Shown in pieces: positions 40,351 to 53,538 of a stretch of 64,000 nt of DNA. The notes beneath the pieces were generated by a model. The model was not told the origin of the DNA. It made no database searches and saw only the letters and a list, made by a program, of their open reading frames with translations. This DNA comes from Octopus bimaculoides. Taxonomy: Eukaryota. Both the position numbers and the translations under genes were made by a program. The stretch spans positions 643,982 to 707,981 of the forward strand of contig NC_068991.1 in the NCBI RefSeq assembly GCF_001194135.2. Direction: 5' to 3'. Position 1 is the first letter of the stretch. The number at the start of each line of letters is the position of its first letter.

Positions 40351-40828
40351 TGTTTACATCTGATATCTAGGATTCGAAACGTCGTAACAAAGTCAGTGCT
40401 CGTTATAATTTCTATAGAAAATCTGTAGAGATGACCTTAACTCGTGAGTTAATGGCACTGCTAACACAGGAGTACACGGTGTTGACTTATAAAAAAAAAA
40501 CTTTTAATATACTTTGTAGTATATAATGGCTGCATCACGAAATACCGTGTCTCTACATGTCATTAATGCTTACTTACCAGCTTCTAGGAATGTGTTTAAT
40601 ACACCGCTGTATGTAGTGGCTATTTAAGCAACGAGTTCATGGATAGTTAATGGTTTGAATGGGCGCTGATGAAAGCGCAAAGATTCCCGAAATATGACAT
40701 ATACGCTCATTATTCTTTTATCATCTTCAATTTCACTGTTTGTTTACATCTGACGTCTCGGATACGAAACGTCGAAACAAAATCAGTACTGGATAAAATT
40801 TCTACAGGAAATCTGTATAGATAACTTT
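40351..40828. repeat. Diverged 88-bp direct repeat (40351-40438 and 40741-40828)
   Basis: tgtttacatctga...gaaacgtcg...aaatctgta aligns without gaps at a 390-bp offset. Confidence 0.85.
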
Positions 40829-40861
40829 ATTATTATTATTAGTAGTAGTAGTAGTAGTAGC

Positions 40862-40921
<60 letters not shown>

Positions 40922-41660
40922 TATATTTTTATTATTCGGCAAAGTTGGCGGGCTAGATAAAACGTTAAAGTATCGGAAAATGAATGCTTTGCAATATTTC
41001 TACAAGTTCTTTACATTCTGAGTTCAAATTCTGCCGTGGTTAAATTTGGCCTTCATCCTTTCCGAGATCATTAAACATAAATTATCAGCTTGCGTACATT
41101 AGAAATGATTATTAGTGTTATTAAGACAACTAGCTGGCAGAATCGTTAGCAGTGTTTCGTCCATCTTTAACCTCGGTGTTCCTAGCGGTCGTCTTCCACT
41201 TTCATTCTTTTAGGGCCGATAAAATATGTACCAGTTCAACACTGGGATCGATGTAATCAACTTACAGCACTCCTTACAATTGCTGGTCATGTGATTTGGA
41301 GATAAAACAGAGTAAGAAGTTTTCTCAGAGGAGATGAGTCGTAACAACTGGCCATGTTGTAAGAAACGACAAACGCCACACATACACATACATATGTGAA
41401 TGCTTGCCTGTAATATGTAGAAACTCTGTGTGTTAGAAGGTGATAGAAGAAATGGGTCTAAGTTACATAAACGAATGCAGCTGTACAACTACACCATTCG
41501 CCGAAATACATATATATATATATGTGAATCAACTACAGCGAATTTCATTTGGGAAGTACAATTCGGCCATTACAAATGCCGTCTCTGCAAGAATACATTA
41601 TCTTCAAAAGAAAAAACTTTTTTAAAGGACATGGAGATAGACATCGTAGTTACTACTAAC

Positions 41661-41683
41661 GTTAGCGGTCGTGATTCGATAAT
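41661..41683 (-). CDS. Candidate 23-nt alternative micro-exon
   Basis: Strong acceptor (poly-T, then gtcttcttttcctgccag|), donor TAAC|GTTAGT. Phase 1-to-0, reads (D)YRITTAN. Its frame matches the 30475 acceptor. Confidence 0.3.
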
Positions 41684-43000
41684 CTGGCAGGAAAAGAAGA
41701 CATCTTCATCAACAAAAAAAAAGAAAAAAACACAAGCTAACAATTAACAAAAGGTTAGAAATGAATAAACGCTTGTGGCTAGTATAAATAACTGCCATAA
41801 ATAGTCAGCATGCAGCACAATTCTTGACCCAATTCTCTTTATACACATGATTATCGATGAAACACAATGCACAGCGCCAAATTATACAGTAACATANNNN
41901 NNNNNNNNNNNNNNNNNNNNNNNNNNNNNNNNNNNNNNNNNNNNNNNNNNNNNNNNNNNNNNNNNNNNNNNNNNNNNNNNNNNNNNNNNNNNNNNNAACA
42001 ACAACAACAACAACAACAACAACGGTAGCAGAAGAAGCAACAACAAAAACAACAATAACACGCATCTTAATTACCGCTACATGAAAAAACAAGTTGATTT
42101 TTATGTGACGAAAGTAAAGAAGCCGTTGGATGAAAGGGGAACAACCTGCGGCCCCGAGAGAAAAGTTGACATCGTTAATTTCACGAATATGAAAATGATT
42201 GTTGCGTACTCAAATATTGTTGTGCGTACATACATGCATACATGCACACATGTATGCATGCATGTATGTATGCATGTATGTATGCATGTAATACATATAT
42301 GTACGTCATATGTATGTATATATGTATGTATGTACGTACGTATGCACGTACGTACGTATATATGTATGTATGAATGTATGTACATATGTTTGTATGTATT
42401 CTGAAAAAGCATCTTGTTATGACTTGTACTTATATTCGAGTGTTGTTTGTAAATATGTGTCGGTGCGGGGGATGTTCTTAACGCGTTCTCTTCGTTTTCT
42501 TCTCGTTCATAGTTGGCAAGAATTTCTTTTAAAGTTGTCATAATAACCAACAAAATTCCTCTGCTTTGAACTTTCTAGGGACCAAATTCCCTTGAAATTA
42601 TTTCAAATATAAGAGCTTATACTCGAGAGTATTAAGGCCAAAATATTTTATCACGACAGTGAATAGTTTAATTTAAAAGCAAGGAACACACATACAATCA
42701 CAATGACTGTCCATTTTCATTTGAGCCTGGATTCTCAGACATTCTGATGATTCTGTAATGAGATAAAGTCGGTTGATCTCTGTGAGGAATTGTGTCTTTC
42801 ATCAACAAAAGTATATAATGGTGACACTACATCAACGATGTGCGGAATCCATAAAACACGTAAGAGGACAGACTGCGTACTTCTTGGACACCGACCAAAC
42901 TCTGAGTACCAGCATCTACACTGAAGAGGTAAGTTATATTAGATGTGCGGGAATGGAAGGGGCTGAGTTGGCTTGTTCGTGTTTGAATATCTATATCATC

Positions 43001-43041
<41 letters not shown>

Positions 43042-43086
43042 AAAGATCTTCAAGATGAGATCTAGGTTAGTGTTGACTGTACTTAC

Positions 43087-43239
43087 CGTGAATTTTTCTG
43101 ATGAGTTTTTTAATGTTGTTATCCCAAAAGCCTCTTGTCCGACAGTAGGAACATTTCCAGCAGACAAAGGCCATTGCTACAATACTACACAGTAGCAAGA
43201 AGGTGCCAACAACAATGCCGGCAACTGTAGGCATGCTCA
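43087..43239 (-). CDS. Transmembrane-helix exon of an uncharacterised single-pass membrane protein
   Basis: Acceptor tattccgtttatatttttcag| and donor CACG|GTAAGT. 153 nt, phase 1-1, open: SMPTVAGIVVGTFLLLCSIVAMAFVCWKCSYCRTRGFWDNNIKKLIRKIH. About 23 hydrophobic residues are followed by a Cys cluster and basic residues. ATG at 43234 has A at -3 and could be the start. Confidence 0.75.
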
Positions 43240-43279
43240 CTGAAAAATATAAACGGAATACAAAATAATAATAGTAATG

Positions 43280-43321
<42 letters not shown>

Positions 43322-44011
43322 GTAATAATAGTAATAATAGTAATCATCATCATCATCATCGTCGTCGTCATCATCGTCGTCGTCATCGCCGTCATCCTCT
43401 TCATCTTGCTCCTCGCCCTCATCGTCGTTGTCGTTGCCATAAACATCTTAATAATGTAGTTATTTTTGTTGTAGTTTGGAAAAGTAAAATATGATTATCA
43501 AATCCGGTCATTACATACATACACACACACGCACATATATGTGCAGATATATACAGACGCGCAAACAAATGTATGTATGTATGTATCTATCTATATAGAT
43601 ACATGTATGTATGAAAAAGAGCGAGAGAGGGAGAGAGAGAGAGAGACAAAGAGGGAGAGAGAGTGTAAGAGCGAAAGAGTGTGTGTGCATTTATAAGACA
43701 ACATTCAAAGACACAACACCCTGCCCGCTCTGGGAATTGAACCCGCAACCTTATGATAATGAACCTAATATCCTATCCTCTAAGTCACCAAAGTGAAAAA
43801 CGATAAAGCAAATGATGTTCTACAGCCTTCCCAGAATTCATTATTTCCTTCGTTATTTTTATTTATTCCCTTCTTTTATATCTTTCATTTCGTTAGTCCT
43901 TCATCGCGGCCATATTGTTTAACTTCTGTATATTTTCTATTTATGTTGATCGATTTTTTTACCTCCATTGTTTTCTTTGATAGATTATTTAATACTTGTG
44001 CATTCAGTTAC

Positions 44012-44078
44012 CGACAGAGCTGTGGATTAATATATTCTGTGGAATAGAATTCTGGAGATGTTGGGGACCTCCATTCAT
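44012..44078 (-). CDS. Candidate first coding exon (short N-terminal ectodomain)
   Basis: ATG at 44078 with an in-frame upstream stop; reads MNGGPQHLQNSIPQNILIHSSV and ends in phase 1 at a modest donor GTCG|GTAACT, compatible with the TM exon. Confidence 0.2.
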
Positions 44079-46655
44079 TATCAATTCTTCTTTCTTACAA
44101 ACAATCTAATGTTTCTTTTCATTACCGCACATCTTCGTCTATCAGTTTCGCTCCTTACCAGAAGCTTTTATCAATTCAGTGTTTTTACTTCAACTCGTCT
44201 CTGTCATCTTTTTTTTTTTTTTACATATTGATAAACTCTGGCTAATTTTATTGGTATAATAAACATTTGTGTTATGTTTTGGCTAAAACTTGAAATCCAC
44301 AGAAACTGGCAAAATTCCGTGTCGGTAGCGATGGTAACGAAGATTAAAGTGAGTTGCATTGTGTCAGGAGGTCGGCTGCTATGAAAAGAAGGAAGGACAT
44401 AACTACACCAAAATCTTACATTTTTCTCACCTCAAACCAAACTTAAGGATTCATATTTTATATTCTTCCAATTAGCCATATTCTTCGCTCACAATTTCTT
44501 AGAGTTAGAATTTTTAATAATTTTATAAGATGACTAATTGCTTGGATGTTTTCGATCTTTTCATTCAAAGTTCAAACTTTACCAAGTTTAACTTTACCTT
44601 TCATCATTTCGGAATCAATACGTGCAACCGTTAATTCAGAGACGCTTTTTCTCTCGCAATTTTTGTCTCTCTCCATCTTTGTTTCTCTTCTCATTCCTTT
44701 TTGAAGAAGAGCGTAGACTCGAAATGTCAAAGTCTTCTTCCATTTTTCCTGAGCGTCAAACTAATAATACTAAAAATAATTTGTGAATTCTCTCTCTATA
44801 TATATATGTATGTATGTATACACAACCATACAGATGTCCGATATATAACAATATGGTGAGCCACAGGTACAATAATATTGTTAAACCTGTCATAGAAAAA
44901 TCAAACTCACCCTGTCCAGGATTTGAACTGAGAACGTAAAGAAACAAAACTCGATGGCGTAAGACATCCAGCCTGACCCACCACCACAGCGCTTCGTTGC
45001 TGTCATCGCAAGAATTTTCACACGGTGTTCATTGCTATATTTGTGAGTTTTGTTATTGTTGTCGTTGTTGTTACTGTTGTTTTTGATGTTATTGTGTTGT
45101 CGCCGTGGTCAGGTGAAGTAATTATATCCTTAGTGAGTTTCTATTAATGAGATCATCAAAATTACATTTCTAATCAAAACATTACGGGGTTTGGTCATCA
45201 TTATTTTAATTACCGCTGATGATGGTGTGAGTTGGAGAGAAGAAAAATGGAGACGAAAAATGCAAGAAAAAAAAAAGGAGGAGGGAAGGACGGAAGGAAG
45301 GATAGAAGGACGTAATAATTGATGTAATGTAAAGGAAGATGAAGAAACAGGAGAGAGAGAGAGAGAGAGGAAGAGGAAGAGGAAGAGAGAAAGGAAGAGG
45401 AGGGAGATTAAAGGAAGGTGAGAGAGAGAGAGAGAGAAAGGGAGGAGAAAGATGGAAGACTGATTAAAAAAGTAAAAAGTAAACATAAAATGAAAAAGAC
45501 ATTTTGAGATATCTGGGTCTACTAGAAATAGCAGCCAAATGTTCTTCAAAACACTCCTTATTGCCTTTAAAAAATGGAGACATTGACTAATATAGTAAAG
45601 ACACAGTATATCTGAATATCAGACGGGATGATCATGGTTATAACGCTTTTAATCCTATGCCACCTGGATCACATTTGGAGCTAAACAGAACAACAACAAC
45701 ATTTTTGATTTATTTCTCAATTCCATCACTGGACTTTTTTTCTAGATGGGGCTGTTAGACTGAGCGATAGATCAACTCTAGCAGTAAAGTAGGACATGCT
45801 GGGATTTGATTTCTGAATGCAATGGGTCGGAATAAATAGCGCAAGGCATCTGGTCAGACGGCTTTCAGTTCTGTCTCTCTACCGCCTCGGATTGCCACTT
45901 TTGTTTCTTCAAACGATAAAAAACAAAGTTTACATGGTTGAGGTTTTGAACTCAGAGCTCAGAGAATCGGTATAAATACCACCAGTTATTCTGTCTGATC
46001 CCTCTAACCATTCTGTCAATTCACTTCCCCTATAACGAACATGTAACATCCTAATTATTTATTATTTTCGTTATGGTGGAACAGTCCAAAACCATGATTC
46101 CTCTCTCGGTCTTCGATTCTTCTTGTAGTTTCGAAAATTTCAGAAGAAACGTAAAAAATTACATAAAACAAAGATAACATTTAATATATTTAATAACGAA
46201 ACTTTGTAATTTCTCTGGTCTTATTTGCGTCAGAGAAAACAAGAGAGAAGATTAAATATCTCCTGGATAAGACGCTAATCTACAATAGGTAACTCTCTCA
46301 ACACCCTGTTATTATACCACAATGATTGGCGATCAGAAGTGTGTAGGTCTGAGTTCTAGTTGCAACCAAATCCACTTAAAACATGAACCAAACCAGAATG
46401 AAGTACGGAAATATATGAAAGTTGGTTCCAGTATTTCGTTGGTACTCTATTTCATCGACTTTTGAAAGCTGAACGGCAAAATCAATCTCGGTGGGATTTG
46501 AACTCACAATGTAAGCAGCAAAGAAAAAGAAAAAAAAAAGGAAAAATAACGAAAATGAAAAAAAAAAATTTACCCGATGATCTAACGATTCTACCACCCA
46601 ACTAACCTACCGAGCCGTTTATCACCTTAATTAATAAATCAGTATTTCAATGGGA

Positions 46656-46746
<91 letters not shown>

Positions 46747-47393
46747 GAGAGATTTTTAACGTTGTTTTAATTAACATAATGACATAATGATAATTAAGAT
46801 TTCGAAGTTTCAGCTGAGAACAATCGACTGTGACAGGTGTGTAATGAGAAGTGGCACTCGAGGCGACGACATGCGCTCCTTGAAAGACTCTCACTTGTAG
46901 CTGCTGCAGGACTCGCCGACAGCCGTCCTCATCGCTTCTCAAAGTGGGGACAGTTTCCAGCAGCTTTACATAAGTGCTTCGGTTACAATGACATTACGGG
47001 TGGCCGGCTGAGTAGCAGAGGAAGAAGCTCGTTTCGTAGCCACCTGGTTGCGTGTTCAATCTCACAGGATGGCAGTTTAGACAAGGGGTCTTTCACTGTA
47101 ATCTTTGACTGGCCAATACTTTGTCAGGGGAATTTGGTGAAAGGAGATTGTTTGGAATGGTAGGCACAGTTCGTGTGTCTGTGTTTGTCTGTTTGTGTAT
47201 GTGCGTTTGTGTGTATGTGCACATGTAAATATGCATATGTGTGTGCGCGTGTGCAATAGACATTTCTTTTACTTGCCACAGCGCAATGAGGGGAAAATTA
47301 CAAATTGAGTATTTACATAAAAGTAGCGAGAGAAAAACAGAGGAAGAGGGAGAGAAATGAGACTGTGTGTGTGTGTGTACACACGTACACACA

Positions 47394-47437
<44 letters not shown>

Positions 47438-47479
47438 CACACTCACACACAAACATATATATTATGTATAATGCACAAT

Positions 47480-47930
47480 ATATATGGATACATGGGGGAT
47501 GATGCAGTCCTCCTGATAGAAGAGAGCCTCCAATTAGAGCCAATCAAGGAATTCCACACATCCAGGATCACCTTGTTACCCCCATCCTACTGTTGCTCTA
47601 CAATCTACAGACACGGCCTAGAGTAGCTCCATTCATTCCTAACCATTTTCCCCACAATTACCCATCTTTTCACAAATCAAGTGGAGGAAAGCACTTCCCT
47701 CTCCATCCTCATTTTCCTTTCCAAATGCAGCTTAAAGGAGTCAATGAGGGCTTGACCAGAAGGAAAGGCGTTTGACATCAATAGTTTCAGTCTCAACCAT
47801 CTCACAACCTTTCCCACTAAAGTCACCAGATAGAAGAACCCTGCCTTCTCAAAGGAGAGCGATGAGGCGATCTTCAAGATGGACCCGACCGATTCTAATG
47901 CGTTCTATTCTAGACACAAGGTCAGCAATT
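47480..47930 (-). mobile_element. Tx1/L1-type LINE 3' remnant
   Basis: Reads ALIDSFKLHLERKMRMEREVLSST and is similar to the second copy at 50575-50830. Clade assignment is from memory. Confidence 0.5.
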
Positions 47931-47937
47931 TTAGGAG

Positions 47938-48112
47938 AGGGGGTTAGTCGATTACATCGACCCCCAGTACTCAACTGGTACTTATTTCATTGATCCCGGA
48001 AAGATGAAAGGCAAAATCGACTCCAGCGGATTTTGAAGTCAGAAAGTAAAGACGAACGATATACCACTATGCATTTTGTCCGGCGCGCTAACGATTCTGC
48101 CATCTCGCCACC
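47938..48112 (-). mobile_element. tRNA-derived SINE (family A)
   Basis: Reverse complement aligns by eye along the 40169-40320 copy. Confidence 0.8.
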
Positions 48113-48209
48113 TTACTCAGCCACTTACTTTAAAACTCAATAAATACGTCGAACTCTTGATCGAGCAGCTAGACTACTCATCGTTGAAACCGACGGAGGA
48201 TTAATCTTC

Positions 48210-48253
<44 letters not shown>

Positions 48254-48984
48254 TGGAGAGATGTAGAAGATACTGCAGAAATAAAAAACCACCTTCCAGG
48301 TTTTTCTGTCTCAAAGCGCTGCTAAGAAAGTGAAGCAGATGATTAATAGGATGGTCAAATAGCCAATGCTTCTTCACCGTTTACTTTGCATTTGCCATCG
48401 GAGTTTCAACTGAGGCACAACAAGTGTTTTCTTTAGAAATGTTTATCAAGATTAACGAACCTGAGCGGGTTTTTTTCTTTTACCTTACCTTATGTATACG
48501 CGGATGAGTGTGCATGCGTGAATGTGCATGTGTGCGTGTGCGGGTATATATATATGCAACTGTGGATTTTATGGGAGATAGTGTATTTATAAGTGTTAAT
48601 ATGTGTATTTGTATGTATGTATGTGTGCGTGTGTGTGTGAGGGTATATCAAATGTCATTACTGCGCATGTCTACGCACGTGTGTCTGCATGTCACGCTGT
48701 GTGCCTGTATACCCATATGCATGCATAATGATGTAGATGTGTACACGCATGCATGCGCTATTATATGCAGGTGAGCATAGATGCATGCATGATTAAATAC
48801 ACATATGGCCATATGACCATGTACATAGGTAGACATACGGATGAGCAGCGATGTATATGCGTGTGCCTGTATATGCAGACTTACGTCAGTGTCGCTGTGT
48901 GTTTCGTACGATGTATGCACATAAACACATCAATGTGCGTACGTATGCATGTATGTGCACATATATATAAATGTATATATACAC

Positions 48985-49025
<41 letters not shown>

Positions 49026-49209
49026 CCATTATATATATATTTATATATATGCACACATATTATGTGTGTGTGTATATGCGTACGAGTACATGTATATATG
49101 TGAATGTGTGTGTATGTGTGTGTGTATAATTATGCGCGTGCGTGTATTTCAGTTTTGTCTTTTTTTTCACTTGTAAAACAGTTTAAAGCAACAAGTTGTA
49201 TTGGTTGAG

Positions 49210-49231
49210 CCAATGAGAAGACGCCACGTCA
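49210..49231. promoter_or_regulatory. ERSE-I consensus (CCAAT-N9-CCACG) overlapping a UPRE (TGACGTGG on the minus strand)
   Basis: ccaat-gagaagacg-ccacg-tca is an exact match; extra ATTGG boxes at about 49200 and 49261. Function is untested. Confidence 0.45.
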
Positions 49232-49534
49232 CAAACCGAAGGTCAAGCTTAACAGAATCTATTGGATTGTAGTACACTACTGTGGTGCATACAGTCACAT
49301 GGCCGTGTGTATGGTGCGTGTATATAGGAGACTTCTGTTAGATAACACTGTAATAGCTGCTCTATACACTCAGGCACACAGCGTGTATAACTGTGTCAAA
49401 TTATGTATGTATGTATTTGTGTGTGTGTATGTATGTACGCATTTATACATGTAAATTATTCTACACCCATAGAAACACGTGAATTAGATGATTAAGCCAT
49501 TGTAAACATACAAACACACTTGCATATACACATC

Positions 49535-49575
<41 letters not shown>

Positions 49576-49611
49576 ATACATATATTTATACACACACACA
49601 CNNNNNNNNNN

Positions 49612-49663
<52 letters not shown>

Positions 49664-50187
49664 CAGACACACACATATATATAGTATGCATGTAGACGTT
49701 AAGTATGTACACAGATTTTACACACATACATGCATATACACACATAAAAACACACATAGACATACGCACACACATACCCACATACTGCACACACCGCGCA
49801 CACACATACATAGATATAGGTATGTATGTGTACGCATGTGTGTGTGTATGTAAGAGAGAGAGGGAGAGAGGGAGAGAGAGAGAGGAGGAGAGAGATAAGA
49901 GTGAGAGAGAGATAAGAGTAGGTAATAACACGTCACTTTATCTCTCTGGTTACGCCCTCCTTACTTCCTTTCTCTCTTCCTTCTCTCTCTATCACTTTCC
50001 CTCACTTACTCTTCCCCTCCCCCCTTACATTATCCATCAAACCTCTCGTTACCTGGAATCTCTCTCCTCTTTCGTCTCCCTCTCTAACTCTACTTTCACT
50101 TTCCATTTTACACTTCATTTCGTTCGTCTCTCTATTCCTTGTTATAAACTCATCGTTTCTTCACTTTTCTTTCTTTCTTTCCTTCCT

Positions 50188-50226
<39 letters not shown>

Positions 50227-50316
50227 ATACTGTCAATGTGTGTGACTAAATTCAAAGTAATTTAGTCGGTTCCTTACAGATTCTATTGTGTAATAATAAT
50301 AATAATAATAATAATG

Positions 50317-50347
<31 letters not shown>

Positions 50348-50574
50348 TGATGATGATGATGATGATGATAATAATAGTAATTTCTTTTATTTGCTACCAG
50401 GGCGACGGATGAGAGGAGACATTGCAAAGACAAACATAGAATGTGGAATTTATACAGAATGAAATGATATAAGAAAACAATGTAAAAACGAATACACGGT
50501 CTACATTAAAAATAATCGAAAGAAGCACACGTTGTATACGTCAGTAAAAACAAAAAAACAAAGAGTAAAAGGCG

Positions 50575-50830
50575 ATGGGCCCATCTTGATACAGGAGGAC
50601 TTCTAGGGCGAGCTGAGGAACTCCATCCTCCAATATGTCCCTGAACACCAAGGGTCAGTACCCTTTCCGTTTCTTGTTCTCCGACTCATAGCTTTATACT
50701 TTTTTACCATTTTTGTTACTTTCAATAAATTCAGTCGAGGATAGCACTTCCCTCTCTACCCTCACCTTCCTTTTCAAGTAAAACTTGAAAAAGTCGATGA
50801 AGGCTTTACCAAAGAGAGATGTCTTTGACC
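50575..50830 (-). mobile_element. Tx1/L1-type LINE 3' remnant
   Basis: Reads AFIDFFKFYLKRKVRVEREVLSSTEF, homologous to 47480-47930; joined head-to-head to the R4/Dong element. Confidence 0.5.
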
Positions 50831-50849
50831 TCTAACCCTCTAACACGAA

Positions 50850-52890
50850 AAGTTACTCCACTTATTCAATGAAATTATGAGAGGTCCTACCTAAACACTT
50901 GACTTGTTAGCAACAGGTATTACTTATCTATTACCGAAGAATAATGAAACTAAATATCCCCAAAACTATCGGCCCATAACATGTCTATCTACAACATATA
51001 AACTTTTATCATCCATCCGCGTAGAGAAAACATAGAAATTTATGAAACAGAACGATATTTTCGCCACTGAACAAAAAGGGTGCCGACGACCATCGATGGA
51101 TGCAGAGACCAACTCTTAATCAGTCGCAGGGTCGTTGAGAACTGTCATAACAAACGCAAAAATCTCAGTTCCGCCTGGATATCTTCAAAATTTCTCCTGT
51201 GATTTCGAAATTCCTGAAGTACAACATGTCAATGTGGAATACAAATCTCCAACTATACCACTCGAATGGAGTATTGACCACACAAAAAAATATTAATATC
51301 AACTGCGGCATTTTCCAAGGTGACTCATTTTCACCTTAAATTTTTTGCATAGTCCTATTTAACATAACAGGGTATGAATATCAAATTGGCGACCAGAAAA
51401 TAAGTTATCTATTTTATATGGATGACTTAAAACTCTATGGCAAAGGTGGTAATGAGCTTGAAGGACGGACTACGTACTGTGAAAGCATTTTAGTGATGAC
51501 ATCGGGATGGAAGTTGGTCTTGATAAATGTGCCAAGGCCACTCTCCAGAAAGGGAAACTGAAGACCTCAGATTCAGTTATGTTGGATGTTGACACAGTCA
51601 TAAGAGAACTCAAGCAGGAACAAACTTACAAATACCTCGGAATAAATGAGAAGTCTGGCATTCAACATGCAAGTATGAAAGAGAAAATCAGGGTGGAATG
51701 TTACAGGAGAGTTCGAGCAGTCCTAAAATCCGAGGTGAATGCACGTGACAAGGTGTTAGCCATAAATTCCTTAGCAGTTCCAGTTGTTATTTATAGTTTC
51801 AGTATTTTGAACTGGAATATGAGCGAAATAAGGAAGATTGTCAGGAAAATCTGTAAGCTGCTGACTTGCAATAAGATGCACCACCCAAAGGCAGACAGAT
51901 CGTCTTTACCTACCCGGAGCTCAAGGAGATCGACGCTTGTTCCAGTTTGAAATATCTTACAAAACCACCGCAAACTGGACTGACAAAATATCTTGAAGCA
52001 TCTAACGACTGAAAACCACAGAAGACGTAAGAAACTTCATTCTGTTATGAAGAAGAGCAAAACTTTTCAAGTGAGTTTATGCATAATACCCAGGTTGAAC
52101 AGCATGATGGAAGTACAGCAACTGTAGTTGCAAAGAATGTGAAATTAATAGCAAAGCAAAATGTGTTTCAGCAATTGGATGATAGGTGGGAACAAAAACC
52201 CCTGCATGGCAAAGAAGCTGATGTAGGCCAGAAGCACACCCATCATTGGCTACGGAGCTCAGGGCTAAAGGCAGATAGTGAAGGCTTTATCTTGGCTGCT
52301 CAAGAACATATTGACCCAGAACTATCAAGCCAATGTGATGAAAAATGGTGTAGAACCAAAGTGCCAATACTGCAACGATAAGATAGAAACAGTGGACCAC
52401 CTAATCTCTGGATATAAGGTTTTAGCACCTGTAGGATACAAATCAAAACGTACAGTGTTGGCCAATATCTACATTGAATAATGCGTCGGCATTGTAGAAT
52501 CAAAACTGCTGACAAATGGTACCAGCACCACCCTGAGGTTGTAACTGAGGGAGAAAATGTAACGATTCTTTGGGACTTTCCAGTATATACAGACTGGACC
52601 ATCAAAGATAATAAACCAGATATTGTTGAGAAAGACCAAAACAATAAAGTCTGTTTATTGATTGACATGAGGATACCTTGTGACCATCATAATATTATGG
52701 CAAAAGAATTTAACAAGCTCAGAAAATATAAAGATTTGCTGATTGAAATGGAAAAGACATGGCACCTCAAGATGGTTATAATAGCAGTGATTGGAGGAGC
52801 ACTTGGAATGATCAAAGAAGGAACTGAAATTATTTAAGAATGATTGTCTTAACTGGTAACCGGTCACACGTACCGAGAAAAGCATTGTCA
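50850..52890 (+). mobile_element. R4/Dong-type LINE, about 2 kb with RT and RLE remnants (dead)
   Basis: NYRPITCLSTTYKL, GIFQGDSFSP, LFYMDDLKLYG, GLDKC and TYKYLG RT motifs; then C..C...ETVDHLISG, KPDIV and IAVIGGALG; many stops and frameshifts. Confidence 0.9.
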
Positions 52891-53505
52891 CTGTGACTTT
52901 TCTTCGCCTTTTCCCCCTTTATTTGTTTTTTTTTCTTTTCCTCTCTGTCGTTGTTCCCCTTTTTCTTTATCACATGACTTTGTCAATGAACAATCTAGTG
53001 TCTTTATTTTAATGGCCTACCAATGTATAAAGTGCGTTTATCTGCCCTAGGTGCCAGGAAGACACTCGGTAAGAAATGGAAACAACTGAAAGATGATGAT
53101 AATGAAAATAATAATAATAATAATAATGATAATAACAACAACAACAATAATCCTTTGTGCACAAGGCCTGAATTTTCTTTCAACACTGAACAGTTTACCT
53201 GACGCTCTACCGATTCAGTCACTGAACAACGCCTGATGACGACGACGACGACTACGACGACAACAACAATAACAACCACAACAACGGTTACCATAGCAAC
53301 GGGAAACAACAATAACAACAACAATCACAAGCACTACAACAATACCAGTTCTGTAAAGGTTTCCATAGACAAGAAATATCACATTTCACGTTGAACTGAC
53401 ATCATCATCATCATCATCATCGCCAAACCCACATCATTACGACGTCATCATCATCATCATCATCGTTGTCATCATCGTTTTATTCATTGTATTCGTCGTC
53501 GTCGC

Positions 53506-53538
<33 letters not shown>

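Noticed and set aside
42773-42930. Plus-strand ORF ending at GAG|GTAAGT; similar isolated plus-strand donors or acceptors at 4918, 26310, 38647, 39155 and 58050-58110
   Set aside because: GTAAGT and pyrimidine-CAG occur often by chance at this base composition, and no consistent frame or protein motif links them.
46800-47000. CpG-rich unique segment with a CAA|GTGAGA donor (minus)
   Set aside because: No good acceptor in an open frame that ends in phase 1, and no recognisable product; left unassigned.
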